Shown here: piece after piece, positions 16,879 through 27,412 of the stretch | Layout: each line of letters opens with the position of its first letter | Position numbering within the stretch: the first letter of the stretch is position 1 | From: Candidatus Eiseniibacteriota bacterium | GTDB taxonomy: Bacteria; Eisenbacteria; RBG-16-71-46 | Assembly (NCBI GenBank): GCA_031364845.1 | Contig: JANLWX010000216.1 | Location: forward strand, 1 to 33,602 | Reading direction: 5' to 3' | DNA: 33,602 nt | The notes under the pieces: model-generated | The model's input: only the letters and a program-made list of their open reading frames with translations | Told to the model about the DNA's origin: nothing | Database searches by the model: none | Position numbers and translations under genes: made by a program

Positions 16879-17865
16879 TCATGGCAGCCGAAACGCCCAG
16901 GTCGTCGTGGCCAGTCCGTAGAAACCGAGCAGTGCGGCCGCCGCGATCAGCAGATAGGGACCGATGTCGTAGTACTCGCGATACTCGATCGATTTGATGG
17001 GTGCCCTCTCGAGCCGGTCTATCTCGCCGTAGATCGCCGCGAGTGCCGCGGGATCGACCGCGCGGAAGAAACGGCCGTTGGTGCGCTTGGCGATCTCGCG
17101 CAGCGAAGTTTCGTCGACGTCCATGCGCACCATCTCGGTGCGCCGGCCCAGCAGCGGATCGCCGACCGGAACCGGCACCACGCCGCCGCGGCCCGCGAGC
17201 ACGGTGTAGACCTTGACGCCGAGCGCCTTCGCGACATCGGCGGCGGTCAGTGGATCGACCGCGCCGCGGTTGCTCTGGCCATCGGTGAGCAGGATCACGA
17301 TCCGCGTCGGCGTCTTGCTCTCGCGCAGTCCCGCGACCGCGGTCGCGAGGCCCATGCCGACCGCGGTGCCATCTTCGGCGAGTCCGAAGTCGAGATTCGA
17401 AAGCAGCTCCTCGAGCGCATCATGGTCGAGCGTGAGCGGGCACTGGCTGAATGCGGTCCCGGCGAAGCCGACCAGGCCGATGCGATCGTGCGTGCGCTGG
17501 CGGACGAAGTCGAGCGCCGTGCGCTTGGCGACCTCGAGCCGGTTGTCGGGCTGGAAATCCTCGGCCGCCATGCTCGGCGAGATGTCGATCGCGAGCATGA
17601 TGTCGACACCCTGGGTTTCGACCTCGCTCTTGCGCACGCCTTCCTGCGGGCGCGCGACCGCGGCGAGGGCGAGGATCATCGCGAGCCACGGCAGCAGATC
17701 GAGTCCGCGCACCCCGAGCCCGGTGATTCCGCCGCGCACACCCGGGATTTTCGTTCGCACCCACAGCACCGCCGCGCGCCGGCGCCCCGAAGTGCGCGCC
17801 CACAGCACGAGCGCGGGCACGATCAAGAGCAGCAGCAGGAGCCACGGCTGTTCCCAGCGGGTCAT
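16879..17865 (-). CDS. batA: BatA-like VWA domain membrane protein
   Basis: ARPQ, GVDIMLAIDISPSM-AEDF-P-NRL, DRIGLVGF, PLTLDH, DGTAVGMGL, ILLTDG-SNRG; ATGA overlap. Confidence 0.9.
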   Translation of the reverse strand: MTRWEQPWLLLLLLIVPALVLWARTSGRRRAAVLWVRTKIPGVRGGITGLGVRGLDLLPWLAMILALAAVARPQEGVRKSEVETQGVDIMLAIDISPSMAAEDFQPDNRLEVAKRTALDFVRQRTHDRIGLVGFAGTAFSQCPLTLDHDALEELLSNLDFGLAEDGTAVGMGLATAVAGLRESKTPTRIVILLTDGQSNRGAVDPLTAADVAKALGVKVYTVLAGRGGVVPVPVGDPLLGRRTEMVRMDVDETSLREIAKRTNGRFFRAVDPAALAAIYGEIDRLERAPIKSIEYREYYDIGPYLLIAAAALLGFYGLATTTWAFRLP

Positions 17866-18815
17866 GCGGCCCTCCCCTGCGGCGTGTGACGGAACAATGC
17901 CTCGACAGTGTCCTCGAAGCGTGCCGACTCCTGAACCGACGATGCCGCCCGCGCGAACTTGAGCCGGTCCCACACGCGCAGCAGCATGTCGAGCTGCTGA
18001 ACTTCGTCGACGCCGAGCCGCGTGCGTCCGAGTGCGGCGACCAGTTCGGGCGTGGTGTGGCCGGGGCGCGGCACGTGCGTGGCGGCTTCCAGATAGCGGC
18101 GCAGAATCTGCGTGAGCTGGAACGCATGCGCCGAGTAGAGACCCTGCTCGGGCAGGCGCAATGCGCGCAGTGCTTCGAGTTCCGCCAGCGCGCGCGCCGC
18201 CGGATCGAGTGCCGCGGTGACCGGGACCGCAACCGGGCGGCGCCGGCGCGCGCGCAGCCAGCGGATGATCGCGATCACCGCGACCAGTCCGAGTGCGCTC
18301 AGAATCACCCAAGTCCACGGCACCCGTTCCCACCACGGAGCTGCAAGCGGTCCGCGTGCCGGCCGCAATTCGGCGTTGCTGTCGGAGGCGGCGAGCACCG
18401 TCCTGGCGAGGAGAATGACGACCGGCAGCCGGCGCTCGCCGGGCTGCGCGGGATCCTCGTAGCGCAGACCCGGAATCGAGTGCGCGCCGAGCGTGAACGC
18501 CTGCACCGGCACTTCGATCGTGAGCGTGTCCCACGCCGGTGACCCGGTGCCGCGTGACAGCTTCGGCTGCGGCGTTCCCCACGTGAGGTCCGCAATCGGC
18601 TCGGGCGGCAGCCAGCGCAGCGTCGGGCCGCTGCGGAACACGACCCGTCCCCGATAGACCGCGGCCTCGCCGATCGTGACGGTGCCGGGGCTCACGCCCG
18701 CGCGCACGCGCAGCGGCCGCGGGTCTCCCTGAGCATGGGCGACCGCCGTGGCGAGGCACAGCGCGGCAAGCGTCGCCATCAGGCGAGGCACCGCGTGACG
18801 CCCGGGCAACGTCAT
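17862..18815 (-). CDS. Bat-cluster membrane protein (signal peptide, beta domain, TM, helical C-terminus)
   Basis: Position between DUF58 and batA; VTIGE, LRRYLE, TTPEL, DRLKFAR. Confidence 0.75.
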   Translation of the reverse strand: MTLPGRHAVPRLMATLAALCLATAVAHAQGDPRPLRVRAGVSPGTVTIGEAAVYRGRVVFRSGPTLRWLPPEPIADLTWGTPQPKLSRGTGSPAWDTLTIEVPVQAFTLGAHSIPGLRYEDPAQPGERRLPVVILLARTVLAASDSNAELRPARGPLAAPWWERVPWTWVILSALGLVAVIAIIRWLRARRRRPVAVPVTAALDPAARALAELEALRALRLPEQGLYSAHAFQLTQILRRYLEAATHVPRPGHTTPELVAALGRTRLGVDEVQQLDMLLRVWDRLKFARAASSVQESARFEDTVEALFRHTPQGRAA

Positions 18816-18817
18816 CC

Positions 18818-19699
18818 TCACTTGACGCGCCTCCGTCCGCGCGCGCTGAAGTAGCGGATCAAAAGCGGCAGGTACGAACGGTCGGTGCGCACTTCGATCA
18901 CCGGACAACGCGCGAGGTTGAGCGCGCGCTCGGCGCGGGCGCGCACGTCGCGCGCAGCCTGCTGGTAACGCTCGCGCACCTTGCGGCTCGAGGTGTCGAC
19001 CAGCGTCCGCTCGCCAGTCTCGAGATCCTCGATCTCGACCCAGCCGACCGCCGGCAGCACTTCGTCGCGCGGATCGCGCAGGACGATCGCCGTCAGTTCG
19101 TGGCGGCGTCCGAGCACGCGCAGGCTGCGGCCGTCGATGTCGTCTTCGAAGTCCGAGATCCAGAACACGAGGCTTCTGCGGTGCGCGGTGCGCAGGATGA
19201 ACTGCGCCGCCTCATCGGGACGCCCGCGCGTGGTCTCGGGCGTGAACCCGATCACGTCGCGGAGCAGGCGCAGCAGATGCGTGCGGCCGCGCGCCGGGGG
19301 CACGAAATGTTCGACCTTCTCGCCGGACAGCACCAGCCCGACGCGGTCGTTGTTGCTGACGGCGGCGAATCCGAGCACCGCAACCAGCTCGGCCGCCAGA
19401 TCGCGCTTCTCGGCGCCGGCGGTGCCGAACCACATCGAGCGTGACACATCGACCACCAGCAGCACGCTCAGTTCGCGTTCCTCGACGAAGCGCTTCACGT
19501 AAGGTTCGCCGAGGCGCGCGGTGACGTTCCAGTCGATGTCGCGCACTTCGTCCCCGGGGAGGTAGGCGCGCACCTCTTCGAACTCGACGCCCCGTCCCTT
19601 GAAGACGCTCACCGACCGGCCGGCGAACAGATCCTCCACCAGGTGGCGGCTGCGGATCTCGAGCCGGCGCACCTTGCGCAGCAGTTCCGTGGTCTGCAT
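18818..19699 (-). CDS. DUF58 family protein
   Basis: FKGRGVEFEEVRAY-PGDEVRDIDWNVTAR, EEREL, DVSRSM, NDRVGL, ISDF. Confidence 0.92.
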   Translation of the reverse strand: MQTTELLRKVRRLEIRSRHLVEDLFAGRSVSVFKGRGVEFEEVRAYLPGDEVRDIDWNVTARLGEPYVKRFVEERELSVLLVVDVSRSMWFGTAGAEKRDLAAELVAVLGFAAVSNNDRVGLVLSGEKVEHFVPPARGRTHLLRLLRDVIGFTPETTRGRPDEAAQFILRTAHRRSLVFWISDFEDDIDGRSLRVLGRRHELTAIVLRDPRDEVLPAVGWVEIEDLETGERTLVDTSSRKVRERYQQAARDVRARAERALNLARCPVIEVRTDRSYLPLLIRYFSARGRRRVK

Positions 19700-20685
19700 C
19701 AGGGAACGCGCACCTGCTCCAGGATGCGCCGCGCGATCTCTTCCCCGTCGACGCCCTCCGCTTCGGCCTCGTACGAAACGTGGATGCGGTGGCGCAGCAC
19801 GTCGGGCGCGATGTTCTTCACGTCCTCGGGCAGCACGTACGCGCGCCCGGCGAGCAGTGCCAGCGCCTGCGCGCCTTTCGCGAGGAACAGCGTGGCGCGG
19901 GGGCTCGCTCCGAAGCTGAGCAGTGCCTCGATCTGAAGTCCGAACTCCGACGGCTTGCGTGTCGCCGTCACGATGTCCAACACGTACTCCTGGATCTTTT
20001 CGTCGACGTACACTCCGGCGAGTGCGGCGCGCGCTTCGAGCACTTCGTCGCGTGAAGCGCGCGGCTCGAGCGCCGGCAGTTCCGCGAGCCCGGCGCGGCG
20101 CAGGATCTCCTTCTCGTCATGGCGCTCGGGGTAGCCGACCTTCACCTTCAGCATGAAGCGATCGCTCTGCGCTTCGGGCAGCGGATATGTGCCTTCCTGC
20201 TCGACCGGATTCTGGGTCGCGAGCACGAGGAACGGCTCCTCGAGCGAGTGCGTCTCGTCGCCGAGCGTGACCTGCTTCTCCTGCATCGCTTCGAGCAAGG
20301 CCGACTGGACCTTGGCGGGAGCGCGGTTGATTTCGTCGGCCAGGACCAGGTTCGCGAACAGCGGGCCCTTCTTCGCGGAGAACGTTCCTTCGCGCGGGTT
20401 GTAGATCATGGTGCCGGTGAGATCCGCCGGCAGCAGATCGGGCGTGAACTGGATGCGGCGGAACTTGAGCGCGAGCGAGTCCGACAGGCTCTTGACCGCG
20501 AGCGTCTTCGCGAGGCCCGGCACGCCTTCGAGCAGCACGTGGCCGCCGGTCAAGAGCCCCACGAGCAATCGGTCCACCATGTGCTGCTGGCCCACCACCG
20601 CGCGGCCGACTTCGGTGCGCACACGGCCGAGGATCTCTCCCGCGCGCTCGATGCGGGCGGCGCCCTCCCGGGTTTCGACGGTCAT
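19699..20685 (-). CDS. moxR: MoxR-family AAA+ ATPase
   Basis: HVLLEGVPGLAKT, RIQFTPDLLPAD, LADEINRAPAKVQSALLEAM, ATQNP-EQEGTYPLPEAQ-DRF, GASPR; AGGAG RBS. Confidence 0.95.
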   Translation of the reverse strand: MTVETREGAARIERAGEILGRVRTEVGRAVVGQQHMVDRLLVGLLTGGHVLLEGVPGLAKTLAVKSLSDSLALKFRRIQFTPDLLPADLTGTMIYNPREGTFSAKKGPLFANLVLADEINRAPAKVQSALLEAMQEKQVTLGDETHSLEEPFLVLATQNPVEQEGTYPLPEAQSDRFMLKVKVGYPERHDEKEILRRAGLAELPALEPRASRDEVLEARAALAGVYVDEKIQEYVLDIVTATRKPSEFGLQIEALLSFGASPRATLFLAKGAQALALLAGRAYVLPEDVKNIAPDVLRHRIHVSYEAEAEGVDGEEIARRILEQVRVP

Positions 20686-20746
20686 TCCAGATCTCCTGCA
20701 GGGGTAAGAGGCCATCGAGCATCAACACGACAGCGATCGACGCGGC

Positions 20747-20775
20747 AGTATAGCCAAGCGATGGGACCCCACCAA
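20747..20775 (-). promoter_or_regulatory. possible sigma70 promoter TTGGTG-N17-TATACT for the moxR-bat cluster
   Basis: Good -10 (20752-20747), partial -35 (20775-20770). Confidence 0.4.
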
Positions 20776-20879
20776 TCCCGGGCGCACAGGGAATGGTCAA
20801 ACTCGACGCGCGTGGGAAAAACAGCGATCGCCGCGCGGCGTGGCCGGCGGCGACGGTGGTGCGTGAGGTGCGCGCGAAA

Positions 20880-21287
20880 TCAGGCGGCGCGCGAAAGCGG
20901 CATGTTCTCGGCCTGGTTTCCCTCGAGCTCAGTGCCGGCGTCGAGCCAGTTCCCGAGCAGCGACTGCGCGTCCACCAATTCGTGCGGAGCGGCGAGCGAT
21001 TCGATGCGGTCGAGCTGGCACAGCCGCCGCTCGACCTCGATCGAACGCTCGGCCGCCAGTGCGGGTTCGGCTCCCGACAGCACCTGCGCCATCAGTTGGT
21101 GCACGCGCACGCGCGCGATCGGCTCGACCGCCAGCTCGCGGCGATAACGACGCGCCGCCGCCTCGAACATCACCGCCGCGGTTTCGAAGCGTCCCTCGTG
21201 AAGCGCCTCCAGCCCCCACCGATGCAGTACGGCCCCGCGGGTCGCCAGGGCGAGCGCGCGGATCGCAAAGTACGAACGGTCAGGCAT
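20880..21287 (-). CDS. hypothetical helical protein (135 aa, TPR-like first half)
   Basis: GAGG RBS, natural-looking composition, fills the gap between glyA and moxR, has its own promoter. Confidence 0.65.
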   Translation of the reverse strand: MPDRSYFAIRALALATRGAVLHRWGLEALHEGRFETAAVMFEAAARRYRRELAVEPIARVRVHQLMAQVLSGAEPALAAERSIEVERRLCQLDRIESLAAPHELVDAQSLLGNWLDAGTELEGNQAENMPLSRAA

Positions 21288-21333
21288 GGTGGGTGCGATT
21301 CCTCGGACCGAAGTGGGTGGCCGCTGAAAGGCC

Positions 21334-21349
21334 TGCAGCTTCGGTGCCA
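21334..21349 (-). promoter_or_regulatory. sigma54 (-24/-12) promoter TGGCAC-CGAAG-CTGCA
   Basis: Matches TGGCAC-N5-TTGCW with one mismatch and exact GG-N10-GC spacing, intergenic, ~47 nt before ATG 21287. Confidence 0.7.
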
Positions 21350-21477
21350 CGCGAGGAATGGGGCGACCGCGCAAGTCGTTGCGGCGCCGAGCACATTTAG
21401 GGAGCTTTCACCCAACCATGGAAGACGCCGCGGGGACCCATGCAGCCTGCGCGGAATCGTCGCTCAGCGTGCACGAA

Positions 21478-21590
21478 TGGCGGGTCGCTGAGAAGCCCGA
21501 GTGCAAGGCGCGAGGGAAGAGACGAGCGAGACGTGTCCGCAGGACACTTCGCAGCGAGGAACGAACCGAGCAACGCAGCAATCGGGTTTC

Positions 21591-21604
<14 letters not shown>
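21478..21604. repeat. 127-bp palindromic element (MITE/REP-like) with 27-bp terminal inverted repeats
   Basis: 21478-21504 and 21578-21604 are complementary at 24/27 positions; inner hairpin GTGTCC-GCA-GGACAC at 21533-21547. Confidence 0.7.
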
Positions 21605-22861
<1,257 letters not shown>

Positions 22862-22865
<4 letters not shown>

Positions 22866-23332
22866 GGTCGCGCGCCGTGCGCGACTTCGTAGTCGTGGAT
22901 CTTGCGCAGACGCGACTCGTGCCGCCCGCCTTCGAAGGGTGTCTCGAGCCAGATGCGCAGCCACCGCGCGCATGCTTCGTGATCGGGGTTGGTGCGCCCG
23001 CCGAGGGCCAGCACATTGGAGTCGTTGTGCAGCCGCGTGAGGCGCGCAGTCTCGTCGCTGGTCACGACCGAGGCGCGGATTCCGGGCACCTTGTTGGCGA
23101 CGATGCTCTCGCCGATGCCGCTCCCGCCGAGCACGATGCCGCGCTCGGCTTCGCCGCGGCTCACCAGCTCGGCGGCCGGAAAACAGAAGTCGGGATAGTC
23201 GACCGGCGGCAACTCCGCGCCGGTACCGCAGTCGATGACCTCGTGCCCGAGCGATTCCAGCTCGCGCATCAGGCGCTGTTTGAGCCGAAAACCCGCGTGA
23301 TCGGTGCCGATCGCCACCCGCATGCGCGGCAT
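22862..23332 (-). CDS. rpiB: ribose-5-phosphate isomerase B
   Basis: [46 protein letters not shown]. Confidence 0.95.
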
Positions 23333-24294
23333 CAGGCGCGGCGCGCGGCCGGCCCGGAAGCGGCCGCCTGCGGAACGCGCGAGAGCCATTTATGCGTGTC
23401 GGGCGTGGTTCCGCGCACGATGCCGAAGTAGGCGTCCTGCAGAATCTTGGTGATCGGGCCGCGCACCCCGGCCCCGACGGGAATCTTGTCGACCGATGAG
23501 ATCGGCGACACTTCCACTGCAGTGCCCGCATAGAACAACTCGTCGGCCGCGTACAGCATCTCGCGCGGCATGACCTCTTCGCGCACCGAAATCCCAAGCT
23601 CCCGAGCGAGCGTCATGATGGTCGCGCGCGTGATGCCCGCGAGGATGCTGCTGTGAAGCGGCGGCGTCAGCAGTTCTCCCTTGAACACCGCGAACACGTT
23701 CTGGCCGCTGCCTTCGCTCACGTGTCCCTGGGTGTCGAGCGCGATCGCCTCTTCATAGCCGTCGAGCTTCGCCTCCATTTTCATGAGCTGCGAGTTCATG
23801 TAGTTTGCCGACGCCTTCGCCATCGCCGGCAGCGTGTTGGGCGCCATGCGCTGCCACGTGCTGACTTTGACCGCGACACCCTTCGTCAGGGCCTCCTCAC
23901 CGAGGTACTTGCCCCACGGGAACGCCGCGACCGCGATGTCGATCGGATTGCCGAACGGATTGACGCCGAGGTTTTCGTAGCCGCGATAGATCAGCGGACG
24001 GATGTAGCACTCGCGCAGGCCGTTCGTCGCGACGACTTCGAGGCACGCATCGCGAATCTGGTCACGCGTGATCGTGGTCTCGATCATGCGATAGATCTTC
24101 GCCGACAGCATCAGGCGGTCGATGTGTTCCTCGAGCCGGAAGATCGCGGGACCCTGTGCCGTGTCGTAGCAGCGGATACCTTCGAACACGCTCGAGCCGT
24201 AGTGCACGACGTGCGACAGGATATGGATCTTCGCGTCGTCCCACGCGACCCACTTGCCGTTCATCCAGATCGTGTCCGCCTTCTGAATCGCCAT
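23332..24294 (-). CDS. ilvE: branched-chain amino acid aminotransferase
   Basis: [62 protein letters not shown]. Confidence 0.95.
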   Translation of the reverse strand: MAIQKADTIWMNGKWVAWDDAKIHILSHVVHYGSSVFEGIRCYDTAQGPAIFRLEEHIDRLMLSAKIYRMIETTITRDQIRDACLEVVATNGLRECYIRPLIYRGYENLGVNPFGNPIDIAVAAFPWGKYLGEEALTKGVAVKVSTWQRMAPNTLPAMAKASANYMNSQLMKMEAKLDGYEEAIALDTQGHVSEGSGQNVFAVFKGELLTPPLHSSILAGITRATIMTLARELGISVREEVMPREMLYAADELFYAGTAVEVSPISSVDKIPVGAGVRGPITKILQDAYFGIVRGTTPDTHKWLSRVPQAAASGPAARRA

Positions 24295-24322
24295 CACGCA
24301 CCTCGTGGGTAGAGGAGTAGTT

Positions 24323-24805
24323 TCAACGGGAACGGCTGCGTAGCGTCTCGATGATGTGCGGTGCCACCCGCGTGACGTGCCGCTGGATGCGTCTCCAGCA
24401 CTCTTCATAGGCTTCGATGGAACCGCCGAACGGATCCTCGATCGCGAGCCCGGGTTCACCGGGCGGCGGCCACGCGCTCAGCAGATGACTCCGCGCGGGA
24501 TCGGCGCCGAGGCGGCGCACCGCATCGAGATGCACGCGCTCCATCACCAGCACCAGATCCGCGGCGCGTACGCGCTCGGCCGTGGCACCGCGCGAACGGT
24601 GCGAGCTGAGATCGACGCCGTCGCGTGCCGCGACCGCCACCGAATGAACACTCGCGGGCATCCCGTCGGCGGCTGCGATGCCCGCGGAAGACACCTGGAC
24701 GCGCGCCGCATCGGCTCCCAGCGCGGCGCACAGCGCGGCCTCGGCCAGCGGACTGCGGCACGTGTTGCCACTGCAAACGAACAGGACCTGCATCGCCGAC
24801 TCCAT
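24323..24805 (-). CDS. low-molecular-weight protein phosphatase (YwlE-like)
   Basis: P-loop VCSGNTCRS, SAG, ADLVLVME, EDPFGG. Confidence 0.9.
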   Translation of the reverse strand: MESAMQVLFVCSGNTCRSPLAEAALCAALGADAARVQVSSAGIAAADGMPASVHSVAVAARDGVDLSSHRSRGATAERVRAADLVLVMERVHLDAVRRLGADPARSHLLSAWPPPGEPGLAIEDPFGGSIEAYEECWRRIQRHVTRVAPHIIETLRSRSR

Positions 24806-24811
24806 CGAATC

Positions 24812-24841
24812 AGGATAGGGAGCGCCGTCTTGGCCCGTCAA
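24812..24841 (-). promoter_or_regulatory. sigma70-like promoter TTGACG-N18-TATCCT, 6 nt before ATG 24805
   Basis: -35 at 24841-24836, -10 at 24817-24812. Confidence 0.55.
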
Positions 24842-25491
24842 CCGGTGCGCTCGACGGTCAGATCCTCGTATTCGCCCAGATCGGCCACGACATCCACCGC
24901 TCCCCGGCGCAGCAGACGCGGTTTCCGGTCGCTCACATCCACCAAGGTCGAAGCCAGACCGCCGGTGCGCGGACCGCCGTCCAGCACCAGATCGATCTGG
25001 TTGCCGAAGATCCGGATGACTTCTTCTGCAGTCTCGGCCGGCTTCTGTCCCGACAGGTTGGCGCTGCTCGAAACCACCGGCCCTCCGATCACACCCAGCA
25101 ACCGCTGACACAGGTCGTCCTTCGGACACCGCAATGCCACCGTCCCCCCGGCTCCGCGCACGCGCGCGGGCACGATCATCGCCGCGTGGAAGATCAGCGA
25201 CAGCGGACCCGGCCAGTAGCGCTGGATCAGCCGCTCGGCGACCGGACTCACTTCGCTCGCGAGTCCGTACGCCTGACGCGGCTCGGGAATCAGCGAGATC
25301 ACGGCGAGCGACGGATCGCGCCGCTTGAGGCGCGCGACCATCATCACCGCCTCCACGTCGAACAGCGAGCAACCGAGCCCGTACAAAGTGTCGGTCGGAA
25401 ACGCGACGATGCCGCCGCGCAGCACCGTCTCGGCGGTCGCGCTCAGCACCCGTTGATCAGGATGATCGGCATCCCACTTCAGCAATTCCAC
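24838..25491 (-). CDS. tsaC: L-threonylcarbamoyladenylate synthase (TsaC/Sua5, YrdC domain only)
   Basis: GGIVAFPTDTLYGLG, LKRR, YWPGPLSL, VALRCP, SSANLSG, STLVD; GTG start directly after the purE stop. Confidence 0.92.
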   Translation of the reverse strand: MELLKWDADHPDQRVLSATAETVLRGGIVAFPTDTLYGLGCSLFDVEAVMMVARLKRRDPSLAVISLIPEPRQAYGLASEVSPVAERLIQRYWPGPLSLIFHAAMIVPARVRGAGGTVALRCPKDDLCQRLLGVIGGPVVSSSANLSGQKPAETAEEVIRIFGNQIDLVLDGGPRTGGLASTLVDVSDRKPRLLRRGAVDVVADLGEYEDLTVERTG

Positions 25492-25492
25492 G

Positions 25493-25972
25493 TCATTTCC
25501 TCCCTGCCTGTTGCGCTCGGTGCCGCTCGAGGCGGCGCGCCAGCGGCGCGTCTGCGAGTGCGAGGATGCGGACCGCGAGATGCGCGGCATTGCGCGCACC
25601 CCACACGCCCACTCCGAGCGTGCCGACCGGAACACCGGGCGGCATCTGAACCGTCGACAGCAATGCGTCGAATCCCATGAGCGGCGAAGACGCGAGCGGC
25701 ACGCCGAGCACCGGCAGTCCGCTGTGCGCGGCCATCGCGCCCGCGAGGTGGGCTGCTCCCCCCGCACCGGCGATGATCACGCGCAGCCCGCGGCGCTCCG
25801 CGGTGCGCGCCCAGCGCGCCGCCGCGTCCGGCGTGCGATGCGCCGAGCGCACCGCGATCTCGCTCGCGATTCCAAACCCGTCGAGCACCTTCGCCGCTTC
25901 CTCCATCACCGGCCGGTCAGACTCACTGCCCATTACGATCCCGACCTGCGGCTTCGCTGCGCGCTTCGCCAT
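25493..25972 (-). CDS. purE: N5-CAIR mutase
   Basis: IVMGSESD, SAHRTP, IAGAGGAAHLAG, PVLGVP, ALLSTVQMPPGVPV; AAGGAG RBS. Confidence 0.95.
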   Translation of the reverse strand: MAKRAAKPQVGIVMGSESDRPVMEEAAKVLDGFGIASEIAVRSAHRTPDAAARWARTAERRGLRVIIAGAGGAAHLAGAMAAHSGLPVLGVPLASSPLMGFDALLSTVQMPPGVPVGTLGVGVWGARNAAHLAVRILALADAPLARRLERHRAQQAGRK

Positions 25973-25984
25973 GCGTTGCTCTCC

Positions 25985-27307
25985 TTAGAGTCCTGAGGAC
26001 CGGGCGACTTCGTGGACCCGCGCGTCGCGGGTGCAGTTTGACGAAGGACCGCTACCGGTGCCGGCGATATCGCCGCGGCAGCGCCATCCGGCCCCGCCCA
26101 GAGTTTCGATTGCGGCATAGGCGCGCGTGCGCGCTTCGCCAAGCGTGCGATCATACGCCATCAGGCAGGCTCCGCGTCCTCCCCGAACCCGCCAACCGTT
26201 GCCCGCGGCTTCGAGTGCCGCGCCGAACACCGTGACGCCTTCCCGTGCTCCGGCCCGCTCGAGCCCCTCGATCACGGCGCCGCCGGAGCTGGGGCCCGGG
26301 TAGTCACCGTCGGCGATTGCGACCGCGACGGCGGCACCGTCGCGGCGACCGATGGGTGTGGGATCGAGCGCCCCGCGCGCCGCGCTCGTGAGCAGTGCCG
26401 CAAGATTGCCGGTGACCAGCGGCAGGATAACTTCGGCTTCAGGATCCCCGAAGCGGCTGTTGAACTCGATCACCCACGCGCCATCGGGCCCGAGCATCAG
26501 TCCGCAATAGAGTGTTCCGCGATAGGGCGTGCCGCGAGAAACCATCGTCTGCAGCACCGGCATGACGATCCGGGTGCGGATCACGTCCTCGAGTTCCGGT
26601 GTCAGCCCCGCGACCGGCGCGAACGCCCCCATGCCTCCGGTGTTGGGCCCACGGTCGCCGTCGAAAGCGCGCTTGTGATCGCGCGCAAACGGCAGCAGCA
26701 CCGCGCGCTCGCCGTCGCACACCGCCATCACCGACAGCTCCTCGCCCGCGAGGAATTCCTCGATCACGACTCGCGCTTCGGTGCCCGGCTCGCGCAGACA
26801 CTCGCGCGCGAACGCAAGCGCGGCGCCGAGGTCGGAGGTGACGAGCACCCCCTTGCCCGCGGCGAGGCCGTCGGCTTTCACGACATGCGGCGCTCCGAAC
26901 GTCGCGAGCGCGCGTTGGGCTTCGGAGGATGTCGTGCACACTGCGGCGCGCGCGGTCGGTACTGCCGCTTCGCGCATCAACTCCTTCGCGAACCACTTGC
27001 TCGATTCGAGGCGCGCGGCGGCGCGCGTGGGTCCGTAGACCGGGAGCCCCGCGGCGACGAGTGCGTCCGAAACGCCAGCCGCGAGCGGCGCCTCGGGGCC
27101 GATCACGACCAGGTCGATGCGCTCACGCCGCGCCAGCGCGGCGACGTCCGCGGGGTCCGTCTCCCGGACGGCAGTGCACGAAAACGCCGCCGCCGCGAAT
27201 GGATTGCCGGGAGCCAGTTGCACGGTGACGCCGGGGTCCTGAGACAGGCGCCAGGCCAGCGCGTGTTCGCGCGCGCCGGATCCGAGCACCAGGATGCGAG
27301 AGGTCAT
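25985..27307 (-). CDS. purD: phosphoribosylamine--glycine ligase
   Basis: LVLGSGAREHAL, IGPEAPL, LESSK-FAK, VKADGLAAGKGV, EEFLAGEE, DHKR, GPNTGGMG, EFNSRFGDPE. Confidence 0.95.
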   Translation of the reverse strand: MTSRILVLGSGAREHALAWRLSQDPGVTVQLAPGNPFAAAAFSCTAVRETDPADVAALARRERIDLVVIGPEAPLAAGVSDALVAAGLPVYGPTRAAARLESSKWFAKELMREAAVPTARAAVCTTSSEAQRALATFGAPHVVKADGLAAGKGVLVTSDLGAALAFARECLREPGTEARVVIEEFLAGEELSVMAVCDGERAVLLPFARDHKRAFDGDRGPNTGGMGAFAPVAGLTPELEDVIRTRIVMPVLQTMVSRGTPYRGTLYCGLMLGPDGAWVIEFNSRFGDPEAEVILPLVTGNLAALLTSAARGALDPTPIGRRDGAAVAVAIADGDYPGPSSGGAVIEGLERAGAREGVTVFGAALEAAGNGWRVRGGRGACLMAYDRTLGEARTRAYAAIETLGGAGWRCRGDIAGTGSGPSSNCTRDARVHEVARSSGL

Positions 27308-27313
27308 GAACGG

Positions 27314-27343
27314 ACTCTATCGAGGGCTTGGAGAAAGGGTCAA
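27314..27343 (-). promoter_or_regulatory. sigma70-like promoter TTGACC-N18-TAGAGT, 6 nt before the purD ATG
   Basis: -35 at 27343-27338, -10 at 27319-27314; no SD before ATG 27307. Confidence 0.55.
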
Positions 27344-27412
27344 GGACCGAGACGGATCGCGGCGACGAATCCCGCTGCGATCACGATCGCGCCGGGCCCG
27401 GGGCTCGCCGCT

